Source: Octopus vulgaris
Taxonomy: Eukaryota
Assembly: GCA_951406725.2 (NCBI GenBank)
Contig: OX597819.1
Location: forward strand, 115,816,001-115,880,000
DNA length: 64,000 nucleotides
Direction: 5' to 3'
The notes under the pieces are model-generated. The model ran no database searches. It was given only the letters and a program-made list of their open reading frames with translations, and was not told the origin of the DNA. This document shows positions 1 to 12,502 of the stretch, piece after piece. The stretch's first letter is position 1; every line of letters begins with the position of its first letter. The position numbers were made by a program, and so were the translations under genes.

Positions 1-411
1 GGGCGAAAAGAAAAACTGGAGAAAAATTAATCCCCGTACGACATTGCTATAAAAATTACGAGTTCTGAAAATAAAAAGAGCTTATAGAGCTAGTGCAAAG
101 CAAGGAACGGTAAGAATATCCATAGTGTTGCAAAGAACTGATAGCGGTGGTTCTGTGAGCAACATATAACAGTTAAAACGTTTGTAACGAAAGAGAAAAA
201 AAAAACGGAGAAAAAGAACCTTCTTCTTTTTAACCGTAGGTCATTGCTATTTGAGCAGACCTATGAACAAACCGGTCCAGCCGCAACAGTCTCATTTTCG
301 ACTCGGGTTTTGCACATCTAGTACAGCACTATACAATCACCTTTTTGAAGATAGTTGAGAATGATTTGGGAACGATTTCACTGCTGTCTTCTCAGATTAT
401 GCAACCGTATA

Positions 412-800
412 GGCGCAGGAGTGGCTGTGTGGTAAGTAGCTTGCTTACCAACCACATGGTTCCGAGTTCAGTCCCATTGCGTGGCTCCTTTGGCAAGTGT
501 CTTCTACTATAACCTCGGGCCGACCAAAGCCTTGTGAGTGGATTTGGTCGACGGAAACTGAATATATATGTGTATGTGTGTGTATACGTTTGTGTGTCTG
601 TGTTCGTCCCTCCAACATCGCTTGACAACTGATGCTGGTGTGTTTACGTCCCCGTCACTTAGCGGTTCGGCAAAAGAGAAACCGATAGATTAAGTACTAG
701 GCTTACAAAGAATAAGTCCTGGGGTCAATTTGCTCGACTAAAGGCGGTGCTCCAGCAAGGCTGCAGTCAAATGACTGAAACAAGTAAAAGAGTAAAGAGT
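412..800 (+). mobile_element. tRNA-derived SINE family A (CORE-like), full length
   Basis: A box TGGCTGTGTGG, B box GTTCAGTCCC, CORE-like 'ttggcaagtgtcttctactat', internal (TA/TG)n, 3' tail 'gaaacaagtaaaagagtaaagag'; several homologous copies in the window. Confidence 0.9.
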
Positions 801-1290
801 ATAAAATATTGTGCCTTGACTCGTTCTTATCGTTCTTGTTCTCCTCGTCGTTGATATTGTTGATGTTGCAGTTTTTAATGTTTAGTTGTCATCCATAATA
901 GTATACTGTTTGTCACGACGTTCGTGCGTTCGAGTGTTACTTAACTGTGGAACAAAAAACTGTGTCATAATTAAGTGATTTATGTAATGAATCTAGTTTG
1001 TGTGTTGCGTTCACAAAAGAGAAACAAACTCACCTCAACCATGGACCGATATCGAAGATTTAATCGATATCGTTAACATAATAGAAGAGGTTCGAGCGTT
1101 ATGTTTTACAACAATCTTATCTGGAGCATGAGATCGAAGTCATGAAACAAAATTATGAAGTTTTACCAATTTTACGAATCAAAACAATAACATTATTAAA
1201 ACGTGGATTTACCCAGAGATAACGATTAGTTTTCGTTAATATCGGCTACTAATGCCATAATTAAATTTTAATAATTATTACTGTTGGAAG

Positions 1291-1495
1291 ATTCGTTAGA
1301 GCGTCGGACAAAATACTCAGAGGAATTTCTTCCGGCTTTTAATGTTCTGAGTTCAAATTCCGCAGGAGTCAACTTTGTCTTTAATCGTTCCAATGTCGAG
1401 AAAATAAAGTACCAGTCAAGTACTGGATCGATGAAATCGACTGAGGTCCTTTTCTTATGAAAATTGCTGGCGTTGTGGCCGAGTTTGAAACAATC
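1291..1495 (+). mobile_element. SINE family C (Meta-domain-like), diverged copy
   Basis: 'gttctgagttcaaattccgc..gagtcaactttg..ataaagtaccag' matches the family C copies at 17095 and 21647. Confidence 0.7.
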
Positions 1496-1522
1496 CTTGT
1501 TTGTTGTAGATCCATTTCGAAA

Positions 1523-2047
1523 TCTTCTTCTTCTTCTTCTTCTTCTTCTTCTTCTTCTTCTTCTTCTTCTTCTTCTTCTTCTTCTTCTTCTTCTTCTTCT
1601 TCTTCCAATCAGGACTCACGCCATTAGCCACAAAGACTAATCTCTAATTCGAGCCTAGTCTAAGCTACTAAGAATGCGTGTGGCAACTTGAAGATCTAAC
1701 TTGAAGAACACGCAATAGACTGGCGGTTGCAAGGGTGCGAAAGCTACATTGTTATCCTCATTCTGTAAACGGTGGTTTTTAACGGGTGGAGAGCTGAACC
1801 ATCCTGGGGTACAGAGGATTCGCAATCTTACACCATGGTTCCTCTGCTTTGTGGCAGAGGTAGGAAGAAAGAGTGAGAGAAAGTTGTGGTGAAAGAGTAT
1901 AGAAGGGTTCACCCCCACCCCCACCGGAGCCTCGTGGAACTTAGACGTTTTTGCTCAATAGCACTCACAATGCCCGATCTTGGAATCGAAACCGCGTTCT
2001 TACGACCGTGAGTCCGCTGCCCTAACTACTGGGCCACTGCGCCTCCA
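1523..2047 (-). mobile_element. tRNA-derived SINE family B, tail type 1 ending in (GAA)n
   Basis: Reverse complement of head 'gtggaggcgcagtggcccagtagttagggcagcggactc' ends near 2047; tail shared with the 17938-18738 copy; (TTC)n 1523-1604 is the 3' simple-repeat tail. Confidence 0.85.
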
Positions 2048-2102
2048 CTGTTGTTGCTGTTGCTACTGTTACTACAGTAATATTTTTGTCTCTGTTGCTG
2101 CT

Positions 2103-2133
<31 letters not shown>

Positions 2134-2140
2134 CAGCAGC

Positions 2141-2199
<59 letters not shown>
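2103..2199. repeat. (GTA)n microsatellite
   Basis: Direct reading. Confidence 0.95.
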
Positions 2200-2200
<1 letters not shown>

Positions 2201-2696
2201 TATTGCTACTACTTCTGTTGTTACTGCTACCGTTACTAGATAGCTGTTACTACTGTTGTATCTTTCGTTATTGACGGTATTACTGTTTTTGTGATTAGAT
2301 GACTACTGCTTCTCACCCCGTTTATTTCCTTCTTGTTCCTGTTGTTGTTGTCGTCGTTGTTGTTTTTGCTGCATTTGAACTGGCTGTTGCCAATGTTTTT
2401 GGTTATGTTTATAGTTATTTTCAAATTTTTTTTTTCTTTTCGTTTTTGAAGGGGATTGTGTTAATGAATTTCGTGATTCTTATAGTCATAAAGTGATTTA
2501 GTCCTTTTATGGAGAACTCATGTCCTCATAACACGACACACAATTTTCTGTTCTTGTCTTTTTCTTGTAAGATTTATTAAAAAAAGAAGAAAAAAACAGA
2601 ATCGAAAAACGATTCCAATATAAAAAAAAAAAAACCTTCTCAAAACTGTATTACTTAGCGTTTGAAAATTTTAGTTTTATAAATTAGATTTTTAAA

Positions 2697-2733
2697 CATC
2701 ATCATCACCATCATTATCATCATCACCATCATT

Positions 2734-2803
<70 letters not shown>

Positions 2804-2883
2804 GCATCATCATCATCATAATCGCCGCCGTCGTCGTCGTCGTCATCGTTGTCGCCATCATCGTCATCCTCATATTATTATTA

Positions 2884-2932
<49 letters not shown>

Positions 2933-3026
2933 GAAATTTGAAAAAAACTCCCTAATATCTTTATCCTATTGATAAACTCTTAATCTGTTTATTTCCTTTA
3001 TTTGTTCTTATACATATATATACACA

Positions 3027-3094
<68 letters not shown>

Positions 3095-3127
3095 CATATA
3101 TATATATATAGCATATACATAAGTATA

Positions 3128-3172
<45 letters not shown>

Positions 3173-3223
3173 ATACACACATATATATATATATATGTAT
3201 GTACATATATATATATATGTATA

Positions 3224-3270
<47 letters not shown>
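2697..3270. repeat. Compound (ATC)n / (ATT)n / (TA,TACA)n microsatellite cluster
   Basis: Direct reading; source of the poly-M and IY ORFs. Confidence 0.95.
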
Positions 3271-3271
<1 letters not shown>

Positions 3272-4310
3272 TATTATCATACGTGTGTAACTGTGTGGGC
3301 GTGTATCTGTGTATATGTTTGATAATTTGTCTGCGTGAGTTATTATGCATGCGTGTGTGTGTGTGACAGAGAGAGAAAGAGAAATACAGTCAGAGTGTGT
3401 AAGAGAATTTATTATCATTAAAATTTTTTCTCTTCTTTCTTTCTCGTCAGTGTTTATTCCTATTTAATTGCACAAGCACGAAAATTGCACACCAAACCGA
3501 ATGTAGTAACAACAACAACAACAGCCAAGAACTTAACAACAACTACAAGAAAACCCTCAAATCAGCAAATAACAACAACATTAAAAAAAACACTATGTAA
3601 AACCCCAAATTCCATGCTTGGAACACTAACATTTCCTCTTCTTTCTCCTACAGTGAACTTTAAATTCTCGAAATTGAATAGGTGGTATTTTTAAAGAGAT
3701 GTCATATTCCTCTTTATATTTTCTCAATCTGCAAAAATTCTCAATCGCCATCGCCACCTATCAATAACTAAGCTTATTTTTATTGTTTTTACTTCTGTTT
3801 TTCTCTTACTTTTATTTTTATTTATTTTTTAAAAATATGTATTTTGACATCAACGTCAACTCTTTCAATTTGCTTCATCTCCTAAAGTTCTTTCTTCGCC
3901 CTCAATCAAACCATCTCCTTTCATTTCCTCTACTGCTTTCATTTCTTCCTTTTTCCCCTTCTTCCTTACTTTCTTTCTTTTCTTCTTTCTTTCTTTCTTT
4001 CTTGCTTTCATTTTCTCTGCTTTTTCTCCCTTTATCTTATTGCTCCATGACAAGTACCATTCACGTAAATTGCTACAGTTTAGCTTGTAATCAAATACAT
4101 CGTATTCTCGCTCTTCACTCTTCAAAATGCATTCAAGAGTCCGTGTAATGGTATGAGAAATTAATATTTCAAAAATAAAATACTACAAGAAAAACAAAGA
4201 AAAAGGACTAAAACAAAAACAAAAAACAAAAACTTGGAAAGCAAGATGGAAAAAAATATATAAATTTAAACGGTAAATGAGAACAAAATATCGAAAGTAA
4301 TGATAATGAG

Positions 4311-4311
4311 A

Positions 4312-4403
<92 letters not shown>

Positions 4404-4585
4404 CATTATGATGATGATGATGGTGATAATTTCAAATAATCTATCAGTTATCTTTATCGATTCAATTTGCATAAATCTATTTTACGTTATGATTCTTTAT
4501 CAGCTTTTTCTTGTTAATTAATTGAGTAGTATGAAATTAGTGGATTAGATTTAGGGATATACGTCACGTATCATCATCATCATCA

Positions 4586-4670
<85 letters not shown>

Positions 4671-4672
4671 CA
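4311..4672. repeat. Two (ATT)n tracts
   Basis: Direct reading. Confidence 0.95.
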
Positions 4673-5078
4673 TTAAGTTATCAATATTTCGTATTTATCG
4701 AGGTCATTTATTGAAGCCAGGAGTTAAAGGTTTAATGGAAAAATTTTGTATTCTATACATCTGTCAATCTTATTAAAAACCTCTTGTGTAGCAGTAAAAC
4801 AATATTGGATCGTAGTGAGAAGTACTGAAATAGATGCAGAAGCAACGAGTTTCTTATAACTCAGTGGGTTCTTTAAGAGATTTGCTGTACCCTTATTTTG
4901 TCTACTGGTGATTGGTGTGGTGTTTGTAATGATAGGCAAGTGTTAATGGTATTTGCATGTGGTTAATGTTCTATTGCTTATGTTTTAGTCATCAACATGA
5001 TTTTGCGTCATTAAACATACGTTCTCTATTGAAACGTTTGTCAAGAATGGTGAATTTGAGCTTCTATATCATATCTGC

Positions 5079-5384
5079 GTGGAGGCGCAATGGCCCAGGG
5101 GTTTGGGCAGCGGACTCGCGGTCGGAGGATCGCGGTTTCGATTCCCAGACCTGGCGTTGTGTGTGTTTATTGAGTGAAAACACCTAAATGCTCCACGAGA
5201 CTCCGGCAGTGATGGTGGCGACCCCTGTTGTACTCTTTTGCCACAACTTTCACTCTCTCTTCCTGTTTCTTGAGTAACGCTGCGATGGACTAGCGTCTCG
5301 TCCAGCTGTGTGGAATACATACGCTACAGAAACCGGGCCTATGAGCCTAGCTAGGCTTGAAAAGGGCAACGTTTATCCGTTTTT
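5079..5384 (+). mobile_element. SINE family B, tail type 2, with 14-bp target-site duplication
   Basis: tRNA-like head with A/B boxes; TSD TATATCATATCTGC at 5065-5078 and 5385-5398; tail 'gctgcgatggactagcgtctcgtccag..gctacagaaaccggg'. Confidence 0.92.
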
Positions 5385-5594
5385 TATATCATATCTGCAC
5401 AACGTCTCTTGAAGTTGATACAGGGTATGACGGAGAAACCTATCACATGTTATTACACCATTGGTATGGTACTAGTACAGGTTAACCGACAGCAATAGTA
5501 TCTGGATGTGGTTAATGTTTTATCGCTTATTTCTTTATTCGCTACCATAGTTGTATTGGTAGACATGAGTTCGTTCTTGAAGTTTTATATAGAA

Positions 5595-5795
5595 TACTCT
5601 TACTCTTTTACTTGTTTCAGTCATTTGACTGCAGCCATGCTGGAGCACCGCCTTTGGTCGAGTAAATCGAACCCAGGACTTACTCTTTGTAAGCCTAGTA
5701 CTTATTCTATCGGTCACTTTTGCCAAACCGCTAGGTTATGAGGACGTAAACACACCAGCAACGGTTGTCAAGCGATGTTGGGAGGACAAACACAA

Positions 5796-5832
<37 letters not shown>

Positions 5833-6013
5833 CATACATATATATATATATGGATACGACTGCTTCTTTCAGTTTCCGTCTACCAAATCCACTCACAAGG
5901 CTTTGGTCGGCCCGAGGCTATATTAGAAGACACTTGCCCAAATTGCCACGCAGTGGGAATGAACCCGGAACCATGTGGTTGGTAAGCAAGCTACTTACTA
6001 CACAGCCACTCCT
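5595..6013 (-). mobile_element. SINE family A, full length
   Basis: Reverse complement of the 412-800 copy. Confidence 0.92.
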
Positions 6014-6409
6014 TCTTCTTTTTGACTATAACCTATACAATATCTCTTGTTTCTCTTGAAGATATACAGTTATGTACCACTTCCAGCCCTGTCTCCCTTT
6101 ATCATCCACGATATTTCGCCAAGCCCCGACTCAAATCATGCACTAACTCATATTTCCGACCCTTCCTTGTCAGGTCCTTCAGAGCACCATATTTTTTTTT
6201 GGCAAAAATTGCCTTATTGATTAATCTCTGTGCTCAAATTAAAATCCCACAGAGGTAACTTTACCATTTCATTTTTCCTCCGTCGTTAAAAGTAAAGTAG
6301 CATCCCAAGTTGGTGGATCTTTACACTTTTAGGCTTTGGACTAAATCCATTGCCGTGTTGGATACTATCAACTAACATTTGGATAGTTTAGGTACAGCTC
6401 ACTCGGTTG

Positions 6410-6658
6410 AAATTATATGTGCAGGTTCCCTAAAATGAGGATTAATTAATACCTTCAACCTATTAGTTTCAGGGGCTCTGCAAATATGTCGTAAATTATA
6501 TGTGCAGGTTCCCTAAAATGAGGATTAATTAATGCCTTCCAACTATTATTCTCAGGTGCTCTGGAAATATGTCGTAAATTATATGTGCAGGTTCCCTAAA
6601 ATGAGGATTAATTAATGCCTTCCACCTATTAGTTTCAGGGGCTCTGGAAAATTGTCGT
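6410..6658. repeat. Minisatellite, 3 x 83 bp
   Basis: Unit 'aaattatatgtgcaggttccctaaaatgaggattaattaat...gtcgt' starts at 6410, 6493 and 6576. Confidence 0.95.
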
Positions 6659-7383
6659 ATACCCTGTACTTTTCTATATTAGCAAGCGATAAGAAACAAA
6701 ACACACTAAACATCAAAATATAACAGACACACATATTGGAGTACCTGAAAACTTAATTGCTACAGCTCCCCTTTATCGTCTTTATCTCAGTTATCTAAAC
6801 TACAACACTCCGAATAGATCAGCACTTGAAAACATTGTTCTCACGATGTTTATCAAAGAAATACATCTACCTGGATTCCATTTCTATTAAAGATTCCATT
6901 TCTATTAAAGATTCCTGGATGCCATTTCTGTTAAAATGCGTTCCAGCCATGACTATTCCATCTTTTTAGAGGTGTCTATGACTATAATGTATTCGATATT
7001 TCTAATATCTCTTTCTTTAGACGGTAGTGTATGGCTCGATGATTATTTTGTTGTCATTTATAGATGTCTAGAGAAGTGATGAATTGCATTTTATGAGGGC
7101 ATGTTCGTTCAAATTCAGATGTCTCCACCAATGACACCTCGCAGCACTTCCAACGGGAAACGAAGTGCCGACTCTTTAGGTAACAATCATATCGACTTAC
7201 TCTTAAATCTCATTCTGTAAGCAAATAAGATGAAACGAACACTATAATACAATCAATTTTACCTTAATCTCATGGGTTACTCTATACATTTCTAACGTGC
7301 TGTAACAGCTATTGCCTCCAGATCGCCGTGGCATGAAACTCGAGGCAAACCTCTAGGTGTTAGTTTCAATAAAATATCCTCTT

Positions 7384-7580
7384 TGCGGCCATGCAGGAGC
7401 ACTACCTTAAAGGGTATTTTTTAGTCGAAGAAATCAACCCCATGACTTATTCTTTGTAAGCCTAGTACTTATTCTATGGGTATCTTTTTCCGAACCGTTA
7501 GCGTTCCAAGGACATAAACACACCAGCATCGGTTGTCAAGCAATGATGGGGGACAAACACAGTCACAAAGACACCCACAC
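7384..7580 (-). mobile_element. SINE family A, 3' half (variant)
   Basis: Homologous to the family A tail; shares private variants with the 11746-11960 copy. Confidence 0.8.
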
Positions 7581-8069
7581 ACGCGCAGACACACATCTAT
7601 GTATCGAGTACTCCTACCCTATTGCTGCGACATAAACCAGCGTACAAACACACGCACGCACACATATGCATATACACACACATATATATATATAGTAGAG
7701 GCACAGACAAGAGAAACACGAGTATTCTCAAGCGCTCAACGAAAAGTTCTTAAATGTTAGAAAATAAGTGTTCTAGTTATTTTACTTTAATTTGCTTTCC
7801 ATCGTTTCATTTCCTTAGCGAATTTGAAAACTTCCTGTAACCTGTATATCGAGAAACTAGAGAACATCGCCTTCATTTCTTCTTCTGACTAACCTCAATA
7901 TCATTAACATTATGCTATTCTGTACACTACCAAAATGCTTTATTCCGGCATTCATTAATTCCTTCATTCATTTATTCATTCATTCATTTATTCATTCAAT
8001 CATTCATTCGTTCATTCACACATATATACATGAATATATACATACGTACATGTGTACATACATGCATCC

Positions 8070-8121
<52 letters not shown>

Positions 8122-8135
8122 ATACGCTTACTTAC

Positions 8136-8166
<31 letters not shown>

Positions 8167-8220
8167 TGTATGTATGTATGTATGTATGTATGTATGTATG
8201 TATGTGTCTATCTATCTATC

Positions 8221-8285
<65 letters not shown>

Positions 8286-8880
8286 ATCTCTATCTATCTA
8301 TCTATTTATGCACAGGTATTTGGATCACTGCAAACATAGTTTCAGATAAAAATTCACGCGCCGTTCTCTAATTTATGCAAATGAACACCTGTCGATTGGT
8401 TGATTAGTATTATAACTTCAACGATTTCTCTTAGAATAGGTTATGACATTGGGGAAATTGGACTGTGAAACAATCTAACGGATAAAAGACGCCATTATTA
8501 CTGAGATTAGTTAAGTGCTATCTCCCGATCGCAATTCAAAAGTTACTTGTGATTCATTTCCCCCCGTTGATCGCCTAATTCGTGGCCTTACGTATTGCAA
8601 CATTTCAAGTCGCAGAATGTATTTCAGTTGTTTGACTGATTTACATATATTCTTCAAATTCTTCAAGCCATCTTAATTCTTGCCAATTCCGTCGCTTTAA
8701 ATTATAAGCTTCATTAATTTCTAGAACTTTCATTGTTTCTATGGGAGATATTTTATTGTCTAGTTTAGTCAGAACTGACTGGGCCTTCTCAATAAAAAGT
8801 AAACATCAAACGCAATAAATTACTGAAACTACTTCTACAAATGTGATGTTGCGACTGTGGAGTGTCTATGTAATAGTAGC

Positions 8881-8932
<52 letters not shown>

Positions 8933-8933
<1 letters not shown>

Positions 8934-9407
8934 TGTACATTGTTTTATCTTGGTACAGCAAATATTCTGCTCAATACCACTGATTAGCTTGTCAGTTGTA
9001 TGACCTTAACCAGTTGACCAAGGCCCTTAGTGACTGACGATATGTGCATCTCTGATCATGAGCAGAAGTAGTGGAGGAGCCTAATAGTCGTGTGTTGAAA
9101 GGAATTCTTGGAGGTTTGGATAATTCACATTTGGAAATATGGGTCGTTGGTTGAACATCCTTAAGCAATCCTTATTCAGGGACATTTTGAGCGGGATGGG
9201 CTACTCGACCAGAAGAAAATTCTCACTGGACATCATCTGCAAGGTCATTTGATGTTTATCTTGATATGAGATCACCATCTCGCGCACATATGGTTGTGAT
9301 GCATGTGCCTGGTGTACCCTTATCAGACGGGTAGTCATGATGGGTATACTGGGCTTCGTATCTTCTACCCCAGTGTCACTTTGATGGCATGCACTGTTCT
9401 CACACCC

Positions 9408-9408
<1 letters not shown>
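8933..9408 (+). mobile_element. Family D repeat in (AAT)n, left-truncated
   Basis: Homologous to 25158-25682 and 60043-60594; (AAT)n on both sides. Confidence 0.88.
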
Positions 9409-9471
<63 letters not shown>

Positions 9472-9592
9472 GAGACTTGAAAGATTATTGAAAGCTAGTG
9501 GATATCTAGGGTTAATAACCCGTTACCCACATAAATCCTGCCAGGAATATGACCGACCCTGAGTCAAATCAATAATAATAATAATGATGATA

Positions 9593-9807
9593 ATGTTTTC
9601 AAATGTTGGATCAAAACCAGCAATTCCGGAGAAGTGGGTGAGTTGCTTATAGCGATTACAGTACTCTGCTGGTACTTATTTTATCGAGCCTATTGGATGA
9701 AAGGCAAAGTCGATCTCGTTAGAATTTGAACTCAGAACGTAAAGACAGACCAAATACCGGTAAGCATATTGCCTGGCATGAGAAAGATTCTGGCAGTTCG
9801 GCGCTTT
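9593..9807 (-). mobile_element. SINE family C
   Basis: 'ggtacttattttatcga..gatgaaaggcaaagtcga..aatttgaactcagaacgt' is the reverse complement of the family C core. Confidence 0.8.
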
Positions 9808-9843
9808 AATAATAGTAACAACAAGAGCAGCAGCAGCAGCAGC

Positions 9844-9884
<41 letters not shown>

Positions 9885-9889
9885 AAATA

Positions 9890-10210
9890 ATATAATCGCA
9901 TCAAGTTTCTTATAGTTCCATATAGTCACAACTGGAAAACATATGTGAGACTAGCTGAAGAATGGAGCAGTAAGAACAAGAGTCTGAGAGCACCATACTG
10001 GCAGCGCAAGCCTAAGATTTGGCTACAAATTGGAGGGTCAGTCTAACGAATGAGCAAGTGTTTCCACTGTGCCGCACCTGTAATAGAGTGGAAGAAACCA
10101 TTGCTCATATCGTGAACAAATCTCCTACACATGCCAAAAAACCTTTACAAGTTGTAGCGACACGATGTGGTAGCGGAGGTACTACATTGGAAACTGTATT
10201 AAAAGTGGGG
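9890..10210 (+). mobile_element. R4/Dong-like RLE non-LTR retrotransposon fragment (zinc-knuckle region), decayed
   Basis: Translation LATN..CRTCNRVEETIAHIV.. then, frameshifted, RHDVVAEVLHWKL; matches the CxxC..ETxxH..RHD..LHW signature of RLE-type LINEs. Confidence 0.75.
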
Positions 10211-10214
10211 GCTA

Positions 10215-10378
10215 GTTGTCGTACTCTTATCACGTGTTTTCACTGCACTACCAAGTGCAGCTCTGTGTCCTTGGGTATGTGCTGTGTTTTGTTGCGATGG
10301 TCTGATTTTCACTATAGTGAAAGTGCTTTACGTAGGAAGTGTGCGGTGCCTAGTAGAGCTATCTCCTGTATGTTATAT
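10215..10378 (-). mobile_element. R4/Dong-like LINE 3' end
   Basis: Minus-strand translation IYNIQEIALLGTAHFLRKALSL* followed by a short 3' UTR. Confidence 0.75.
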
Positions 10379-10383
10379 ATATA

Positions 10384-10575
10384 CGAGGGTGAGTCAAACG
10401 GTAATGCCATTTTGTTTAGGACAGGTATAGTTACCAACACAGAAATATGTATCATACTTCAAAAGGAAGCTGGTCGTCTGTGGATCATATCCCTACTTCT
10501 CAACATAGTCACCGTTTTTCTCAATAGCAGAGAATGAGAGCGTGTATTTCTGCTCCGTAAAATTCTGTTGACTGT
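10384..10575 (+). mobile_element. Mariner-like element left end (partial)
   Basis: TA followed by 'CGAGGGTGAGTCAAA', a typical mariner TIR start; no right TIR found. Confidence 0.4.
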
Positions 10576-10903
10576 TCTTTGAATAGTCCTGACACAGACT
10601 GGCGTCTCGTCCAGGAAGTGAGGGTAGGGGTATATAAACGCCACAAAATTCGAGAAATCGGTGTTATGAACCTATTGCTGGATAAGGACCTTTGATCTTT
10701 TAATTGGTTTCTCCATTCAGGTTGTATGATAATATAGAGGGACCATTAATTAGTTCGTGTTTTTTTTCTTGTGTGTGAGCGTGCTTTTTTATGTTATTTA
10801 TTTATTTTCATTCTTTCAAGAAACCCGGTTTATTTGGCGTATCTCTCGTTTCTTCACTGAGAATAGGCAGACTATGCTTGGTAGAGAAAAAAAGGATAGA
10901 GGT

Positions 10904-10954
<51 letters not shown>

Positions 10955-11099
10955 AGGGGGGAGGGTAGAAAGAGAGGAGAAAAGAGAGAGAGAGTGAGTG
11001 ATATGGGGGATAATTTCGTAATGGTTGGAACCGTTCACTACTTTGTTAATAAATTCTTCGCTGTATCAGAAGCCAACAATTTGTTATTGATCAGTAAAC

Positions 11100-11535
11100 T
11101 ATTTATTATTAAAACGACCGCACTGTTTTATATGTATTAAATTAGGTTTTATTTAAACAGATAATAGACTGTGAAGCAATTCTGCAAATAGGCAGAGTGT
11201 GAAAATATCTAAATCCTCACCACAGGTGAGTCTGTGAGATTACCTTAGTTTCGAAATTGGTGACCATTAAAATGTCTGTTTATTTGTGAAATAGATTAAA
11301 AATAGTTAAGTTTCTATTCTTTAACTTATTGCTTGAATAACAAAAGAAAAACAGCAAATAAAATCGTTTTAAGTAATAAAATACTCAGGCTTAAGAGAGA
11401 AAAAAAAATCTAGGAGACAGCTTCTAGACAACAGGAACACATACATACGCACAGAGAAGTCTTTTTGATTTAGTTCGACACACACATTTTAATCGCTTTA
11501 ATGTCGAAGTAAATTTTGAAAACTATTTTTCTTTT
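11100..11535 (+). repeat. Unclassified ~430-bp segment, copy 1 (copy 2 at ~16250-16635)
   Basis: Colinear similarity: 'ttctgc(a/c)aataggcag', 'ctaaatcct..ccacaggtg.gtctg.gagattacctta', 'tcaggcttaagaga', 'ctagacaacag'. Confidence 0.8.
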
Positions 11536-11745
11536 ATTTTTTCTTTAAGTCTTAGTTTGTCTTTTATGTCATAAAATAAAAATCTCCATCACAAAACTCT
11601 GATGTTCGAAACAAAGATTATTCAAGTTTGCAACTGTGAAGTCTTCCTCGTAAGTTGAGAGGATTGATTTTCTTCGGTGACGCAAACCTCAGATTTTAAT
11701 CCGTGATAACGGACTTTCTAGCTGAATTATTCTTTTAATCTTTTG

Positions 11746-11992
11746 TCTTTTACTTGTTTCAATCATTTCACTGCGGCCATGCAGGAGCAGCACCTTAAAG
11801 GGTATTTTTTAGTCGAAAATAATCAACCCCAGGACTTATTCTTTGTAAGCCTAGTACTTATTCTATGGGTATCTTTTTCCGAACCGCTAGCGTTCCAAGG
11901 ACATAAACACACCAACATCGGTTGTTAAGTAATGATGGGAGGACAAACACAGACACATATATACACACACACTCACACACACACATACACAC

Positions 11993-12026
<34 letters not shown>

Positions 12027-12502
12027 ACTTAGAATAACAAAATACAGTTCTATATGCCCAAGGGCATATGGCGTAGTGGTTAAGAGCGCAGGCTACTAAC
12101 CCCAAGATTCTGAGTTCGATTCCGGGCAGTGACCTGAATAATAATAATAGTAATAATAATAATAGAATAATAATAATAATAATAATAATTACAACATCAT
12201 AGAAAATTACCGTAGGAATAAGAACCCAGGTTCGAAATTTCCCCAAGACATGAAGGCTGGAGGGTATATCAGCCGAAAGTTTGTGTTAACAACAAACAAG
12301 ATGACGACAAATATCCGTCAAATGTAAATGATAAGGTAGTCAGAATGTTGGATGATTATATATACATTTTTAAAATTTATTTATATCTTATTTACATTTT
12401 CAGCGTTTTCTTCCGTTATTAGATTCAGCTTATTTCAATTTCCGTCTACTAAATCCACTCACAAGGCTTTGGTTGACCTGAGGCTATAATGGAAGACACT
12501 TG
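11746..12502 (-). mobile_element. SINE family A, interrupted by a nested element
   Basis: 3' half at 11746-11960; 5' part resumes at ~12433-12502 ('ccgtctactaaatccactcacaaggctttgg..gaagacacttg'). Confidence 0.8.
12052..12330 (+). mobile_element. tRNA-headed SINE-like element (family E) with internal (AAT)n and degenerate hammerhead-like 3' part
   Basis: A box TGGCGTAGTGG 12069-12079; B box GTTCGATTC 12114-12122; GGCTG/CAGCC stem followed by GAAA at 12255-12278. Confidence 0.75.

Noticed and set aside
6410-6658. Regular 83-bp repeat resembling a CRISPR array
   Set aside because: The whole unit is repeated with no unique spacers, no cas genes are present and the context is eukaryotic.
5419-6669. 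Possible Tc1-like element bounded by TACAGGGTAT / ATACCCTGTA
   Set aside because: Only about 10 bp of inverted match and no transposase trace; too weak to call.
7715-7736. Resemblance to miR-137 on the minus strand (GCTTGAGAATACTCGT)
   Set aside because: The seed region does not match and there is no complementary arm to form a precursor.
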